Both the position numbers and the translations under genes were made by a program. This document shows, piece after piece, positions 8,899-18,216 of a DNA stretch of 64,000 bases. Each line of letters starts with the position of its first letter. The first letter of the stretch is position 1. The notes below the pieces were generated by a model. That model saw nothing but the letters and a program-made list of their open reading frames with translations. It was not told the DNA's origin and did not search any database. Source of the DNA: Candidatus Wolfebacteria bacterium. Lineage in GTDB: Bacteria; Patescibacteriota; Minisyncoccia; Phycocordibacterales; Phycocordibacteraceae. Location: NCBI GenBank assembly GCA_002400985.2, contig NVRX02000004.1, positions 114,245 through 178,244 on the forward strand, read 5' to 3'.

Positions 8899-9852
8899 TT
8901 AATAAAAATCACATTTAATACTGCGCCCAGGGGCCAGATCTATGTGTTTAATTGGTGTCTCTCCTATATTGCTCAGTGTTGGATTTTTAAAAGTAAGTAA
9001 TTTGTCATTAAAGAGAGACAAAATTATGTCAATACCTTTGTTTTGTTTATCATCAGCTTTTTCACAAATGGCTGCTCCGGTTTTTCCAGACAAATTAAAT
9101 TGTGACAAAGGAGGAGCAATAACCGTTCCGTTTTCGTCATCTAAAGTAACAATAACTCTGGCAGACAAGAGTCGAGGAGCCAGATCGCAATAGGTTTGAG
9201 TAGAATCTGTGTTTCCGCTAGCGGTTAGTATTTTGGTCTTAACAATTCCTCCCGTTAACACACAACAATTTTCTAGTTCTCTGTTAGACATGACTGCCTC
9301 GTCCGGAAGATCACCATTTCTGATTGGAGAGATAATGTTCTTTGGTGTAAAGAAAAAGCCATCTCTAACTACCCTAAACTTTGTAGTATTCCACTGCACA
9401 GCGGAGCAAATTTCAGAATCTATCTCTCCTGGTTCAGGAAGAATTATCCCACCTCCCCCTTGTGACCCTTCGCTACTAAGTCTAGAAAGATTAAGGTCAA
9501 GGTTTAAGATATCTTGATTAATTACACCAAAGACAATAACAGGAGACAGAAGAAGCATAAGTCCCAGTATCGCTCGTGTAATAGCAGCCCTCCCTTCACT
9601 TTTATTCCCAACAACCTCGCTCGTCATATATTGGAAGCCTCCGTACATAATAACAAGCACTGCAAGTATTGCTCCAATACCAACTCCGTATTGATAAAGC
9701 TTGTTTACAAAGCTTCCAATGTTTGCTTGATCCTCGGGCTTTACCCCAATACCCGTAAGGGGCTCAACCGTAACAGCACCCTGTGCAAGTACATCAGGCG
9801 CAAAAATAAGAACGAGAGCAAGAAGTCCAAATGTGTAAAAGAATGTTTTCAT
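8899..9852 (-). CDS. TrbC/VirB2-like pilin module fused to a six-Cys C-terminal domain
   Basis: Start at internal Met (MKTFFYTFGLLALVLIFAPDVLAQ, a signal peptide). Two hydrophobic helices (YGVGIGAILAVLVIMYGGFQYM and AILGLMLLLSPVIVFGVI) flank a short basic loop, which is the VirB2/TrbC pilin architecture. A 180-aa tail with 6 Cys follows. Confidence 0.5.
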   Translation of the reverse strand: MKTFFYTFGLLALVLIFAPDVLAQGAVTVEPLTGIGVKPEDQANIGSFVNKLYQYGVGIGAILAVLVIMYGGFQYMTSEVVGNKSEGRAAITRAILGLMLLLSPVIVFGVINQDILNLDLNLSRLSSEGSQGGGGIILPEPGEIDSEICSAVQWNTTKFRVVRDGFFFTPKNIISPIRNGDLPDEAVMSNRELENCCVLTGGIVKTKILTASGNTDSTQTYCDLAPRLLSARVIVTLDDENGTVIAPPLSQFNLSGKTGAAICEKADDKQNKGIDIILSLFNDKLLTFKNPTLSNIGETPIKHIDLAPGRSIKCDFY

Positions 9853-9853
9853 A

Positions 9854-10852
9854 TTAGAAGTTAAATAAGCCTGTATTTTCAATACCAAAAGTAAACGAGG
9901 CAGAATCACCGCCTTGAAGGGTGACTTCTTGTGGATGCTCAATAGAAACACTTATCTGAGCCCTGCCTCTCCCGTTCCCTGCTTGCCTAAGGGTGATAGT
10001 GCCAAGATCGTCATTGGTGCTCGATACCCGTGTTCCATTAAGTTTCCATGCATACGTAATAGGAAGAGATTCTCTATATATTCCAGGCACATAAAATGGC
10101 TCTGCATTGATGGTAACCTCATCTGCATTGAGTTCTGTTTCATTTGCAAGAATATTTGTTGTGCTCAATCCAAGAAGAGGGTTAATGGCATATAGAAGCA
10201 CTTCAGGACGTTCAGTTTTAATACTGACAGATTTCCTTCCTTGAACTTTTCCATCTATGCTTGCAACATCGACACGAATATTCAGTCGCCTACTAAATGG
10301 AGCAGCAACAGTATTAAGAACATCTCTTCCTGCTCCAGATATTGATCCTTGAACAGTTCCATTTATTCTCCATGTATAAATAAAGTCTTTAGAGGTGTAA
10401 CCATTTCCAAAAGAAGGAGTGGCAATAATACGAACAGATGCTTTGTGGGTTGCAAGAGCCGCTCCTTTATATAGAGGAGGAGTATAGGTCTCTGCTTCAA
10501 CAATAAGATCAATTACTGAAGGGGTGATACTTATTGTGTGTGAAATAGTTTCTCCATTTCGTGTAGCAGTGAAAGAAACGTTTGTTTTTTCTCCAACATC
10601 TCCCACAAGAAATTCAACTGTTTTTAATCCTCTTCCCTCATTAATCACTTTTCCGTCTACACTCCACACAACTTGTGCTCGAGAAATATCAAAAGAATAT
10701 GTTTCCGCAAAGACAGAGACACTTTCTCCAGGATTTGGGAATAAAGGGGTTACTTTAAAATCAAAAGAACGCTCTACTTGTGCTGAAACAGGCAGAACAC
10801 TCACAAAAGAAAGCATTAAAAGTATACTAAAAATCCGTACAAGACCTTGCAT
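9854..10852 (-). CDS. Secreted protein with three tandem Ig-like repeats
   Basis: Signal peptide ending ..LPVSAQ. Three repeats of about 100 aa each contain W-x-(V/I/L)-(D/N)-G (VVWSVDGKVI, YTWRINGTVQ, YAWKLNGTRV). Confidence 0.6.
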   Translation of the reverse strand: MQGLVRIFSILLMLSFVSVLPVSAQVERSFDFKVTPLFPNPGESVSVFAETYSFDISRAQVVWSVDGKVINEGRGLKTVEFLVGDVGEKTNVSFTATRNGETISHTISITPSVIDLIVEAETYTPPLYKGAALATHKASVRIIATPSFGNGYTSKDFIYTWRINGTVQGSISGAGRDVLNTVAAPFSRRLNIRVDVASIDGKVQGRKSVSIKTERPEVLLYAINPLLGLSTTNILANETELNADEVTINAEPFYVPGIYRESLPITYAWKLNGTRVSSTNDDLGTITLRQAGNGRGRAQISVSIEHPQEVTLQGGDSASFTFGIENTGLFNF

Positions 10853-10874
10853 ATAGTGTTATGGTAGCACGCAT

Positions 10875-11312
10875 TTATTTACTAATTTTTGTTATTGTTT
10901 TAACGACCTTCCCCATAGGAGTAGCTTTTAGAAATACCTTAGGCACAAGTGATGCGGGGAAACCTTTTGTTCCATTTGCTTCAATGAGTGTAAAGAGAAC
11001 GTTTGCAGAAAGTATTGGTATAGCTGTTAAAAATGGCAGCGATTCAACAACAAGTCCTCCAGTTTTTCCCAAGAAAGACATGGGTTTTTTAATATTAAAG
11101 AAGGGTACGTTTAGAAATGCAAACCAAATAAGGAATAGTAAATATGCGAAGGCTGCCATTGGTAAGGCAACAGTAAAAGCAAGAACTTGAGTCACAATTG
11201 TAGGAAGAAAACCAAACATTGTTATAACAATTTGCATAAGGTCAAACATTCCGGCAACTAAAAGCATTGCGGCAGAATGAAGCACTCCTATTTTTGGCTT
11301 AACCGATTCCAT
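10875..11312 (-). CDS. Small polytopic membrane protein (about 4 TM), hypothetical
   Basis: 145 aa and dominated by hydrophobic helices. It overlaps the VirB4 gene stop by 14 nt. Confidence 0.55.
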   Translation of the reverse strand: MESVKPKIGVLHSAAMLLVAGMFDLMQIVITMFGFLPTIVTQVLAFTVALPMAAFAYLLFLIWFAFLNVPFFNIKKPMSFLGKTGGLVVESLPFLTAIPILSANVLFTLIEANGTKGFPASLVPKVFLKATPMGKVVKTITKISK

Positions 11313-13134
11313 TTTGTTGATTTGTTGCAGATAAACGCTCCTTCTCTCTCTTTATTGCAAGAAGCTGTGATGGGTCCGATGTGATAATTTGGTCTTCTGT
11401 GTACGAGGCAATTATTTTAATAGCTACATGCTTAAGGCCGGCAAAGAAAATACCCTCCCCCACCCCACTTTCGAGAAGAAGAAATTTTTCTTCTTCTGTT
11501 AGATTGAATACTTCTTGTAATTGATCAATAACAGTTGGAGACTGCTTCATGAGTAATTGCATAGAAGAGTTTGAAAGCATTGGTCGTCCGTATGGGGAAT
11601 TAAGGAAGTCGTCCACATCTTGCGTAAGGGCAGCAACACCCAGGAAGTATTTTCGACCCCGTTTTACCATGCTGTACAAGAATGAAGCAGTATCTTCATT
11701 TTTCATCATCCACCATGCCTCATCAATAACCAAAAGACGTTTCTTCAGATTCCTTCGCACAGCATTCCAAATGTGGTGCGTAATGATGTACATCGCAACA
11801 GGCTTAAGATCATCCTCCATGTCTCGTACAGAGAAAACAATAAATTGTTTATTGATATCAACGTTTGTTGGACGATTAAGGAATCCAGACCACGTACCAC
11901 GAGTATATTTTGAAAGTCTTTGCACGAGAGATTCCGACCCCTCCATTCCAGAAAGCACCATTTCAAAATCAGAGAGAAGAGGAACCTCCATATTTGAAAA
12001 GTCAGTCTCCCCTGTTATGTCCTTAAGGGCATATGTTTCTGCGATAGCTCTATCGACAATTGCATCCTCTTCAGGGGTAAGGCCTCCAAGCATGAGTCTG
12101 AAAAGTCCTACCAAGTTAATAATGTTTGATCGGAGAATATCTTTTGGCTCTTCACCATCTTGAAGTTTTGGAAGATCAAAAGGGTTCACATGATGCTCTG
12201 ATGAAAGAGAAATGTTGAAATATCTTCCTCCCGTTGCTGTTGCAAGCTGCTCATATTCTCTTTCGGGGTCAATAACGATTACGTCTGTACCAAACATAAG
12301 GGACCGGAGGATTTCAAGCTTCGCCGCATAACTTTTTCCTGCTCCAGATGTAGAGAGGGTTACAGAGTTGTAGTTTGGTAGGGAAAACCGATCAAAAAGA
12401 ATAAGACTGGCATTATGTCTATTAATACCGTATAAGATTCCCGAGTCACTTGTAAGGTCAAAAGAAGTAAATGGGAAAATACTGGAAAGAGGTGAAGAAT
12501 TAAGTTTTGAATGTACTGCTAGCTTGTCAGTTCCTGTAGGAATAACACTCTTAAGACCTTGTTCTTGCTGGAACAACGCAGGCTTAAGGTATACAAGCTT
12601 TGAGTCTAGAAGACCTCGTACTTCAGATTCTGTCTTGTCTAATTCTTCCCTCGTATTTGCGTAAAGCGTAATATATACTCCCACGTCAAAAAGTTTTTCT
12701 TGTGCTTGTTGTAGTTTATCTCGTAGATCTTCTAGGTCTTGAAATGCAGTGTCGAGTTTTGGGTCACGAACAAGGCCTTTTTGCTGACGATCTAGTATTT
12801 GACTCTGTACCTCGGCAACTTTCTTTTGGAACTTGCGTAGTGCTTGTGCGGTGTCTACTGGATGAATAAAAATTGATACATCTAGTACTTTGTCGAGATT
12901 TATAACAGGATCAAACCATCCTTGTGCCAAGAATCGTGGATATGAAATTACATACAGCGTTCTAATTATTTTTCCTCCCAATTCAATATCTTTTGAATTA
13001 ACTTTGAGTGCAGTAGGGGCAATAACGTCTTCAAAGGACAGGGCTCCTTGCTGGTATATGTCATTTGGAAGAACCGGCGTTATATCTACCGCGTCTTTTC
13101 CTTTGTTTTGTTTAAAAAAGTCTGTTAGTGCCAT
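11299..13134 (-). CDS. virB4: VirB4/TrbE-type type IV secretion ATPase
   Basis: Walker A LSTSGAGKSYAAK and Walker B LLVIDEAWWMM. N-terminal domain has the ..RTLYVISYPRFL.. pattern typical of VirB4. The start is taken at Met23 (ATG 13134), which abuts the upstream stop at 13136-13138. Confidence 0.85.
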   Translation of the reverse strand: MALTDFFKQNKGKDAVDITPVLPNDIYQQGALSFEDVIAPTALKVNSKDIELGGKIIRTLYVISYPRFLAQGWFDPVINLDKVLDVSIFIHPVDTAQALRKFQKKVAEVQSQILDRQQKGLVRDPKLDTAFQDLEDLRDKLQQAQEKLFDVGVYITLYANTREELDKTESEVRGLLDSKLVYLKPALFQQEQGLKSVIPTGTDKLAVHSKLNSSPLSSIFPFTSFDLTSDSGILYGINRHNASLILFDRFSLPNYNSVTLSTSGAGKSYAAKLEILRSLMFGTDVIVIDPEREYEQLATATGGRYFNISLSSEHHVNPFDLPKLQDGEEPKDILRSNIINLVGLFRLMLGGLTPEEDAIVDRAIAETYALKDITGETDFSNMEVPLLSDFEMVLSGMEGSESLVQRLSKYTRGTWSGFLNRPTNVDINKQFIVFSVRDMEDDLKPVAMYIITHHIWNAVRRNLKKRLLVIDEAWWMMKNEDTASFLYSMVKRGRKYFLGVAALTQDVDDFLNSPYGRPMLSNSSMQLLMKQSPTVIDQLQEVFNLTEEEKFLLLESGVGEGIFFAGLKHVAIKIIASYTEDQIITSDPSQLLAIKREKERLSATNQQNGIG

Positions 13135-13135
13135 A

Positions 13136-13777
13136 TTATATTTGGGTTTGTATGGGTGTTTCAAATACTCCAGGGTTAAATGATCTATATAAAAGCTCAA
13201 GAACAGCCTCAGTGTCTAATTGCGTCGTTCGTACACCAGAGGCAGCAAGACCCTGTGCAACGACTGCTGTTCGTTGTGACAGCTGCTGTACCTGTTCATT
13301 AAAACGCTGATCTGCTTCAGGACTTTTCTTACCCCCCTTTCCAAAGAAAGGTATAGAGCTTATTGCACTTGCTGCAGAAACAGATTGATATGGAACTATG
13401 ACGTAAAAATGTTTACGCATAACACTTGTTTGGTCTACAAACTGCTCAACAAAGCGAGTGTATTCTCGGAGTTGAAGTTTCATAAGGTCAGATTCTTGTT
13501 GTTCACTCTTACTCTCAAGAAGTTTTAGATATGGACGGATATCAAGTTCTCGAGAGTGTACAAGGATTTGTACTGAAAAATCTAAAGTGTTAAGAAAGGT
13601 TTGGAAAGCTCCAATAATTGCATTTTGCTCGTCCTCACCTTTTAAAGCAAAGTTAACAGAAGAAGCCATAAGAATGCTTCTAAGTCCTCCGTCCTTTAGT
13701 ATAAGAGTTCCATTTCGAACTTCTTGAACAGGAACAAATGATTGTGTTGCGTTAGTTGCCATGAATATTTTGTTCAT
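13136..13777 (-). CDS. T4SS-associated cytoplasmic protein; by eye resembles the extreme N-terminal segment of Gram-positive VirB4-type ATPases
   Basis: The pattern ..FVPVQEVRNGTLILKDGGLRSILMASSVNFALKGEDEQNAIIGAFQTFLNTLDFSVQILVHSRELDI.. It sits directly upstream of virB4, in a different frame. Confidence 0.4.
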   Translation of the reverse strand: MNKIFMATNATQSFVPVQEVRNGTLILKDGGLRSILMASSVNFALKGEDEQNAIIGAFQTFLNTLDFSVQILVHSRELDIRPYLKLLESKSEQQESDLMKLQLREYTRFVEQFVDQTSVMRKHFYVIVPYQSVSAASAISSIPFFGKGGKKSPEADQRFNEQVQQLSQRTAVVAQGLAASGVRTTQLDTEAVLELLYRSFNPGVFETPIQTQI

Positions 13778-14171
13778 CTTTTACATCAAGTGACCATGCA
13801 AGTGCACGTATTTTCTGCATAGCGTCTTGCTGGGGTGCCTGTAAAGAAGGTGTGGCAGGTTTTGTTTCTGGTGTCCCCTGCTTCTTTCCTTGACCTTGTT
13901 TTTTCCAGAGGTACATCTTTCCTCCTGTAAAAAAGAAAAAAGCACTCTCAAGGACTTCAATAAAAGGCTTGTTATCTATCTTAACGAATGCTAGCGCTCC
14001 TCCAAGGCCCAGAAATGGAAGGGATAGGATAAGTCCAAAGACGAATGGAAGAGAGAGAAGAAGTACTGCAGAAATTCCTGCAGCTCCTGCAAGGTAAATA
14101 AACTGTTTGAGTGTAAAGGGTCCAAAAATCTTGTCCTCTACTTCAATAAACTGAGGGACTTGGTACTGCAT
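13752..14171 (-). CDS. PrgI/VirB3-like small membrane protein
   Basis: MQYQVPQFIEVEDKIFGPFTLKQFIYLAGAAGISAVLL.. is the PrgI-family start (Y-x-V-P..ed-K-i-fG-lt-rQ), followed by two TM helices. It sits upstream of virB4, as VirB3 analogues do. Confidence 0.6.
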   Translation of the reverse strand: MQYQVPQFIEVEDKIFGPFTLKQFIYLAGAAGISAVLLLSLPFVFGLILSLPFLGLGGALAFVKIDNKPFIEVLESAFFFFTGGKMYLWKKQGQGKKQGTPETKPATPSLQAPQQDAMQKIRALAWSLDVKDEQNIHGN

Positions 14172-14191
14172 TGTGTTTAGTATACCGCGTA

Positions 14192-14695
14192 TTATTCAAT
14201 TGGTTCGCGGTATGGATCAATTGCATATTTTTTTTCAATCTTCTTTTCTTTTTTAGGTTCACTGTGGTTTTCTACAGCAATAACGGTAGGTTCCTCAGGT
14301 GTTTTGTGAGGCCCTTCTATTGCTTCTTCGTCTGCAAATACGTTAGGGACTGCTTCAGGTAGAGGTTTTTTATAAGATTCAACAATAGGCTTAAATATTT
14401 TTTCATTCATTTCATGAGCAATTTTATTCGCCTGCTCTTTAGAAATTCCAACAACATGAATTAATCTTTGTTCGTACTCATTTGGAGAAATTAAACCAAT
14501 CAACAAGAGAGTTGTTTGTATCTCAATTTTTGCAGCAATATCCAAATGAAGATCATGGTTTGCAACAATATTTTGCATAACTTGTGGGTACGCATCGCTA
14601 TGCAAATAATTTTTTATTTGAGGAGGAATATTAGGCAACTGCTCTTTTATAAGTGTTTGTAAATCTGACATATTATTCATCTTCTTTTTTATCAC
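14192..14695 (-). CDS. Hypothetical soluble protein in the VirB4 locus
   Basis: Open frame of 167 aa. The probable start is at an internal Met (14680 or 14671) to limit overlap with the upstream gene. No recognisable motif. Confidence 0.5.
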   Translation of the reverse strand: MIKKKMNNMSDLQTLIKEQLPNIPPQIKNYLHSDAYPQVMQNIVANHDLHLDIAAKIEIQTTLLLIGLISPNEYEQRLIHVVGISKEQANKIAHEMNEKIFKPIVESYKKPLPEAVPNVFADEEAIEGPHKTPEEPTVIAVENHSEPKKEKKIEKKYAIDPYREPIE

Positions 14696-16838
14696 TTCCT
14701 CCAGAACTTTCTTTCAGTGTGTTTATAAGTGTATCTAGGTTCTTTTTGTCACTACTTTTCTTGAGCTCCTTATTAATTGCTTGTGACGCAGCAAGTTTTC
14801 CAGCTGCACCTGTACCAGTAAGATGAATAGGGCCAGTTCTGTAATCTCCTGTTCGCCGTTCCGTATATTTCCCTGAAGCCTGAAGTTCTGTTTTGATATC
14901 TTTTACTTCTTCAAGTTCGCGTTCTAGGTTATCTATTTTTGTTTGCAGCAGATTTTTTCTTACTGCGCCTGTTTCTGCATCAAGCTTTGCTTTTTGAGTT
15001 TCAATTTCAGAAAGAAGATTTTTTATATCTGCCTCAGCCTTTGCTGCACCACTAGAAAGTTCTTTTTTGCGAATTTTACCAATAGCCTTTGGAATTTTAA
15101 GACCAATAATAGGAACAGTCGACACTTCATCTTCAAGTTTTTGAGCATATTCTTTTTGGGGTGTTTGATCAATAACTCTTTTATCATCTTTAAGTTTTTC
15201 CTTTGCTCTTGCCAAATTTTTTCGTACCTGGGCCTTTTCTCCTTCTGGTGTTTCAGGGTTTGTTAAGGTTTCTTTAGAAGTTTCTTCTAAGGTTTTAAAC
15301 TCATCTTTAAGTCGTGTCTTTTCACCGCGCTCTTCTCTAGTAAGACCAAGAGTTTTTGCATATTTTTTTTCATCCTTAACTCGTGCTTTAACACTGCTTG
15401 TAAAGCCTTCAACAGGTTTTCCGGCCACATTTTGAACAACCTTTTTTCCGAGCAATTTTCCAGCTCCAGCACGCCCATCAAAGCTTGAGTCTCCAACCTT
15501 ATCAAAAGATTTCGCAGTAAGGCGACCAACAGTGCTCCTCCCAAATTTTGAACTTCTAACTGCAGCTGATGCAGCTGATCCCGCTCTTCCAATAGTGCTT
15601 CTCCCTGCCAAGGCTACGGCACCTGAAGTAACTCCAGCAAGCCTTCTTGTTCCAAAGTTTTGTACGCTCATTGCAGCTTTTGCTCCAGATACCCCCATGT
15701 CACCTGCAACCTTTATGGACATAAAGAGTAGGCCAAGCGCAATAAGGAAAATAACGATAATATTCATGGAATCAAGATTTCCGTTTACAAATATTTCAGC
15801 AAAGCTTTGGTCGTTGGAATTTCCAAAGAAAGCACTTTCGCGTGCGCTATTGAGGAATAAGAGAGAGATGGATATGAGAAGAAGCAGTATTGGAGCAAAA
15901 AAGGCCTCTTGAATGAGGCTTTGCAGCCATTTATCAAAATGTTTTCGTGTGCTTGGGAGAATGTATGCTGCCATAGCTGGTCCAGAAGCAATCATGAGCA
16001 GGAGAAGTTTTATTATTCGCATGATAAGCAAGACTGCTCCAGCTAGAAATACAATTGCAGCTGCGGAAAGGAAAATAAATCCAAAGAATCCAAAAGCAAG
16101 AGCCCTTCCCCCATCACTTGCGCTTGTTCCTGTGAATATGCTGTTCTCGCTCCTTTCAAGTTCTCCCTGTCTTTCTCTCGCATTTGCCCCAAGTGTTGTG
16201 TCTACACTGTTTCCAAAAATACTTACAAGACCAAGTTGTTGAATAAATGCAGTGGCTATTCCCTGTTTAATTAAGCAGTTTTCCTCATTGTCGCACTCGG
16301 TTATAACTACACCGCTTTGGTTTAATATGGCCCCTGCAAACCCATGCGCAATATCAATTGTTGCTCTTGTAAAGAAAAGACTAAAGTTTATAAGTATGGC
16401 AACAGCAAGAAGGACTGGAAGAAGTTTTTTAATGTTGTATTGCTGAAGATTTAATATCGTTCCAATTCCTATTGCGAGGAATATAAATATAAAGAACATG
16501 TTTGCAACATCTCGGAGAACCGCCCAGGCAATGAGAACACCAGGTATGTTTGCGAGGCCTGCAAACTCGATAATGCTATATTTTATTCCAAAATTAAACA
16601 GTGCCCCTGCAACCCATAAGAATAGCGCTCCAATATTTAAGAAAAGTACCGCAATAGACTGCAGCAGTTTTGTAAAGTTTTTTTCAACAAATCCTACACT
16701 TCCTGTATTAGAAATGTCACTACTTGTTACTTGTGCCATTGCAACACCAAGATCAACAGAATTCACATCAATAACAACCGGCGCAACAAATGTTGCAAGC
16801 AGGAGGAGTGAAAAAATTGTTGTTATAAGTATTCGCAT
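14673..16838 (-). CDS. VirB6/TrbL-like polytopic membrane protein with a long Lys-rich coiled-coil tail
   Basis: Signal/TM segment, then about 8 hydrophobic helices over roughly 400 aa. This is followed by about 320 aa of K/E/A-rich predicted coiled coil (..KAEADIKNLLSEIETQKAKLDAETGAVRKNLLQTKIDNLERELEEVK..). Confidence 0.5.
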   Translation of the reverse strand: MRILITTIFSLLLLATFVAPVVIDVNSVDLGVAMAQVTSSDISNTGSVGFVEKNFTKLLQSIAVLFLNIGALFLWVAGALFNFGIKYSIIEFAGLANIPGVLIAWAVLRDVANMFFIFIFLAIGIGTILNLQQYNIKKLLPVLLAVAILINFSLFFTRATIDIAHGFAGAILNQSGVVITECDNEENCLIKQGIATAFIQQLGLVSIFGNSVDTTLGANARERQGELERSENSIFTGTSASDGGRALAFGFFGFIFLSAAAIVFLAGAVLLIMRIIKLLLLMIASGPAMAAYILPSTRKHFDKWLQSLIQEAFFAPILLLLISISLLFLNSARESAFFGNSNDQSFAEIFVNGNLDSMNIIVIFLIALGLLFMSIKVAGDMGVSGAKAAMSVQNFGTRRLAGVTSGAVALAGRSTIGRAGSAASAAVRSSKFGRSTVGRLTAKSFDKVGDSSFDGRAGAGKLLGKKVVQNVAGKPVEGFTSSVKARVKDEKKYAKTLGLTREERGEKTRLKDEFKTLEETSKETLTNPETPEGEKAQVRKNLARAKEKLKDDKRVIDQTPQKEYAQKLEDEVSTVPIIGLKIPKAIGKIRKKELSSGAAKAEADIKNLLSEIETQKAKLDAETGAVRKNLLQTKIDNLERELEEVKDIKTELQASGKYTERRTGDYRTGPIHLTGTGAAGKLAASQAINKELKKSSDKKNLDTLINTLKESSGGSDKKEDE

Positions 16839-16839
16839 A

Positions 16840-18216
16840 TTATGTACTACAGTTATTTAGAATATCTTCAGCTTCAGCAATAAGGGCATTTGCCTGTGTT
16901 TGTAGTAACGATGCTTGAATAGGACTTGCTTCTGTCGGTACGTCTCCAGCACCCAGAAGGCTTTGGTATTGTTGCGCAATCACGAGGTACTCTGAACGGC
17001 TGTTTGATTGCAATAGATCTCCAAGAAGTCTTTGCAATGTACGTACGCCACTTTCTATAGTTGAACGTAATGAAAGTGCCTCGGTTCGATGCCCAGAAGC
17101 TTCTTGAGAAATACTTTGTAGCCGAGCGAGATTTGCTGAGGTGCAGGTCCCTTGGGAAAGTCCTGTTGAGTAAAAACTGCTTGCACGTGCGGCATCAGAA
17201 ACTACTCTCTCAAGAGTTCTTTCTGCGGTAGTCCCACTACGGATTCCACTCTCAATTGTGTTTTCAAGTGTACTTCTATCTTCCTCGCTTACACCAGGAT
17301 TGTTTGTGCTATCAAAATATGAAGATCCTCCACCGTTTGATCTGCTTGTTCCAATGAGCCCTTGAGCCCCTCCAAGTGCCTGGCTTACAAGCTGGTTCAT
17401 AAGGGCTCCGATAATTTCATTGATGTCGTCAGCAACAAGTAGTCGATCCCTGCCTATTCCAAGAGAGTCATTGAGTTGGTTCTGGATAGTGTCTCCAGGT
17501 GTGAGTACATCTCCTGTACAATTTGGCTCTTGTTCCCCATTGAGACACTCTCTTTTAGATAAAAATCCTCCATTCCACTCAAGGAGCTGTCTTTCTCCTT
17601 CTAGTTGTCCAAAGATTCTCCCATCAAGCTCTTGTCGGAGATCAAGTGCCAGCAAGTAGGGGTTGTTTTGTGGTCGTGCAGTTACATTGAAGAATTGATC
17701 AAGGCCTCCTTGGGATAGGTCATTTTCTAAGAACTTCTCAACATTTCCTATTGCATCACTTAGTGTACAAGAGTATCTATCAGCAAGTGAGGAGTTTCCT
17801 CCAGCTTGATAGTATCCAACTTCCAGAGAGAATCTAATATCAGCAGAAAATGCTTCACACAAGAATCCCCCTCCCAATTCCTGTAAGAAGTTCCCTGCTA
17901 TATTGTCTGCAATGTCTACAAAGAACCTTCCGGGATTTTGAATAAATGCAGGACTTCCATTGAACCCAGAGTTTATCCACGTAACAATGTCTTGCGTCAT
18001 CTGCTCAAGAGCAATATTTGCAATCTGCCATGCAATACCATCGAGGACGTACTCCTTAACACTATCCAAAACAGTTTTTGCTGTAGTAATAGTATTTGTT
18101 ACTACATTTGGCCCAACTTCAACAACAGCAAATTGAGCATGTGCTTTTTCTGGAACCAATATCCCCCCACCAAGGACGGTTGTAGCAAAAAGAATTGTTA
18201 GAAGGATTTTTTTCAT
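16840..18216 (-). CDS. Secreted protein, hypothetical (VirB4 locus)
   Basis: Signal peptide MKKILLTILFATTVLGGGILVPEKAHAQ. 458 aa with several Cys. Its stop is 1 nt from the next gene start. Confidence 0.55.
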   Translation of the reverse strand: MKKILLTILFATTVLGGGILVPEKAHAQFAVVEVGPNVVTNTITTAKTVLDSVKEYVLDGIAWQIANIALEQMTQDIVTWINSGFNGSPAFIQNPGRFFVDIADNIAGNFLQELGGGFLCEAFSADIRFSLEVGYYQAGGNSSLADRYSCTLSDAIGNVEKFLENDLSQGGLDQFFNVTARPQNNPYLLALDLRQELDGRIFGQLEGERQLLEWNGGFLSKRECLNGEQEPNCTGDVLTPGDTIQNQLNDSLGIGRDRLLVADDINEIIGALMNQLVSQALGGAQGLIGTSRSNGGGSSYFDSTNNPGVSEEDRSTLENTIESGIRSGTTAERTLERVVSDAARASSFYSTGLSQGTCTSANLARLQSISQEASGHRTEALSLRSTIESGVRTLQRLLGDLLQSNSRSEYLVIAQQYQSLLGAGDVPTEASPIQASLLQTQANALIAEAEDILNNCST

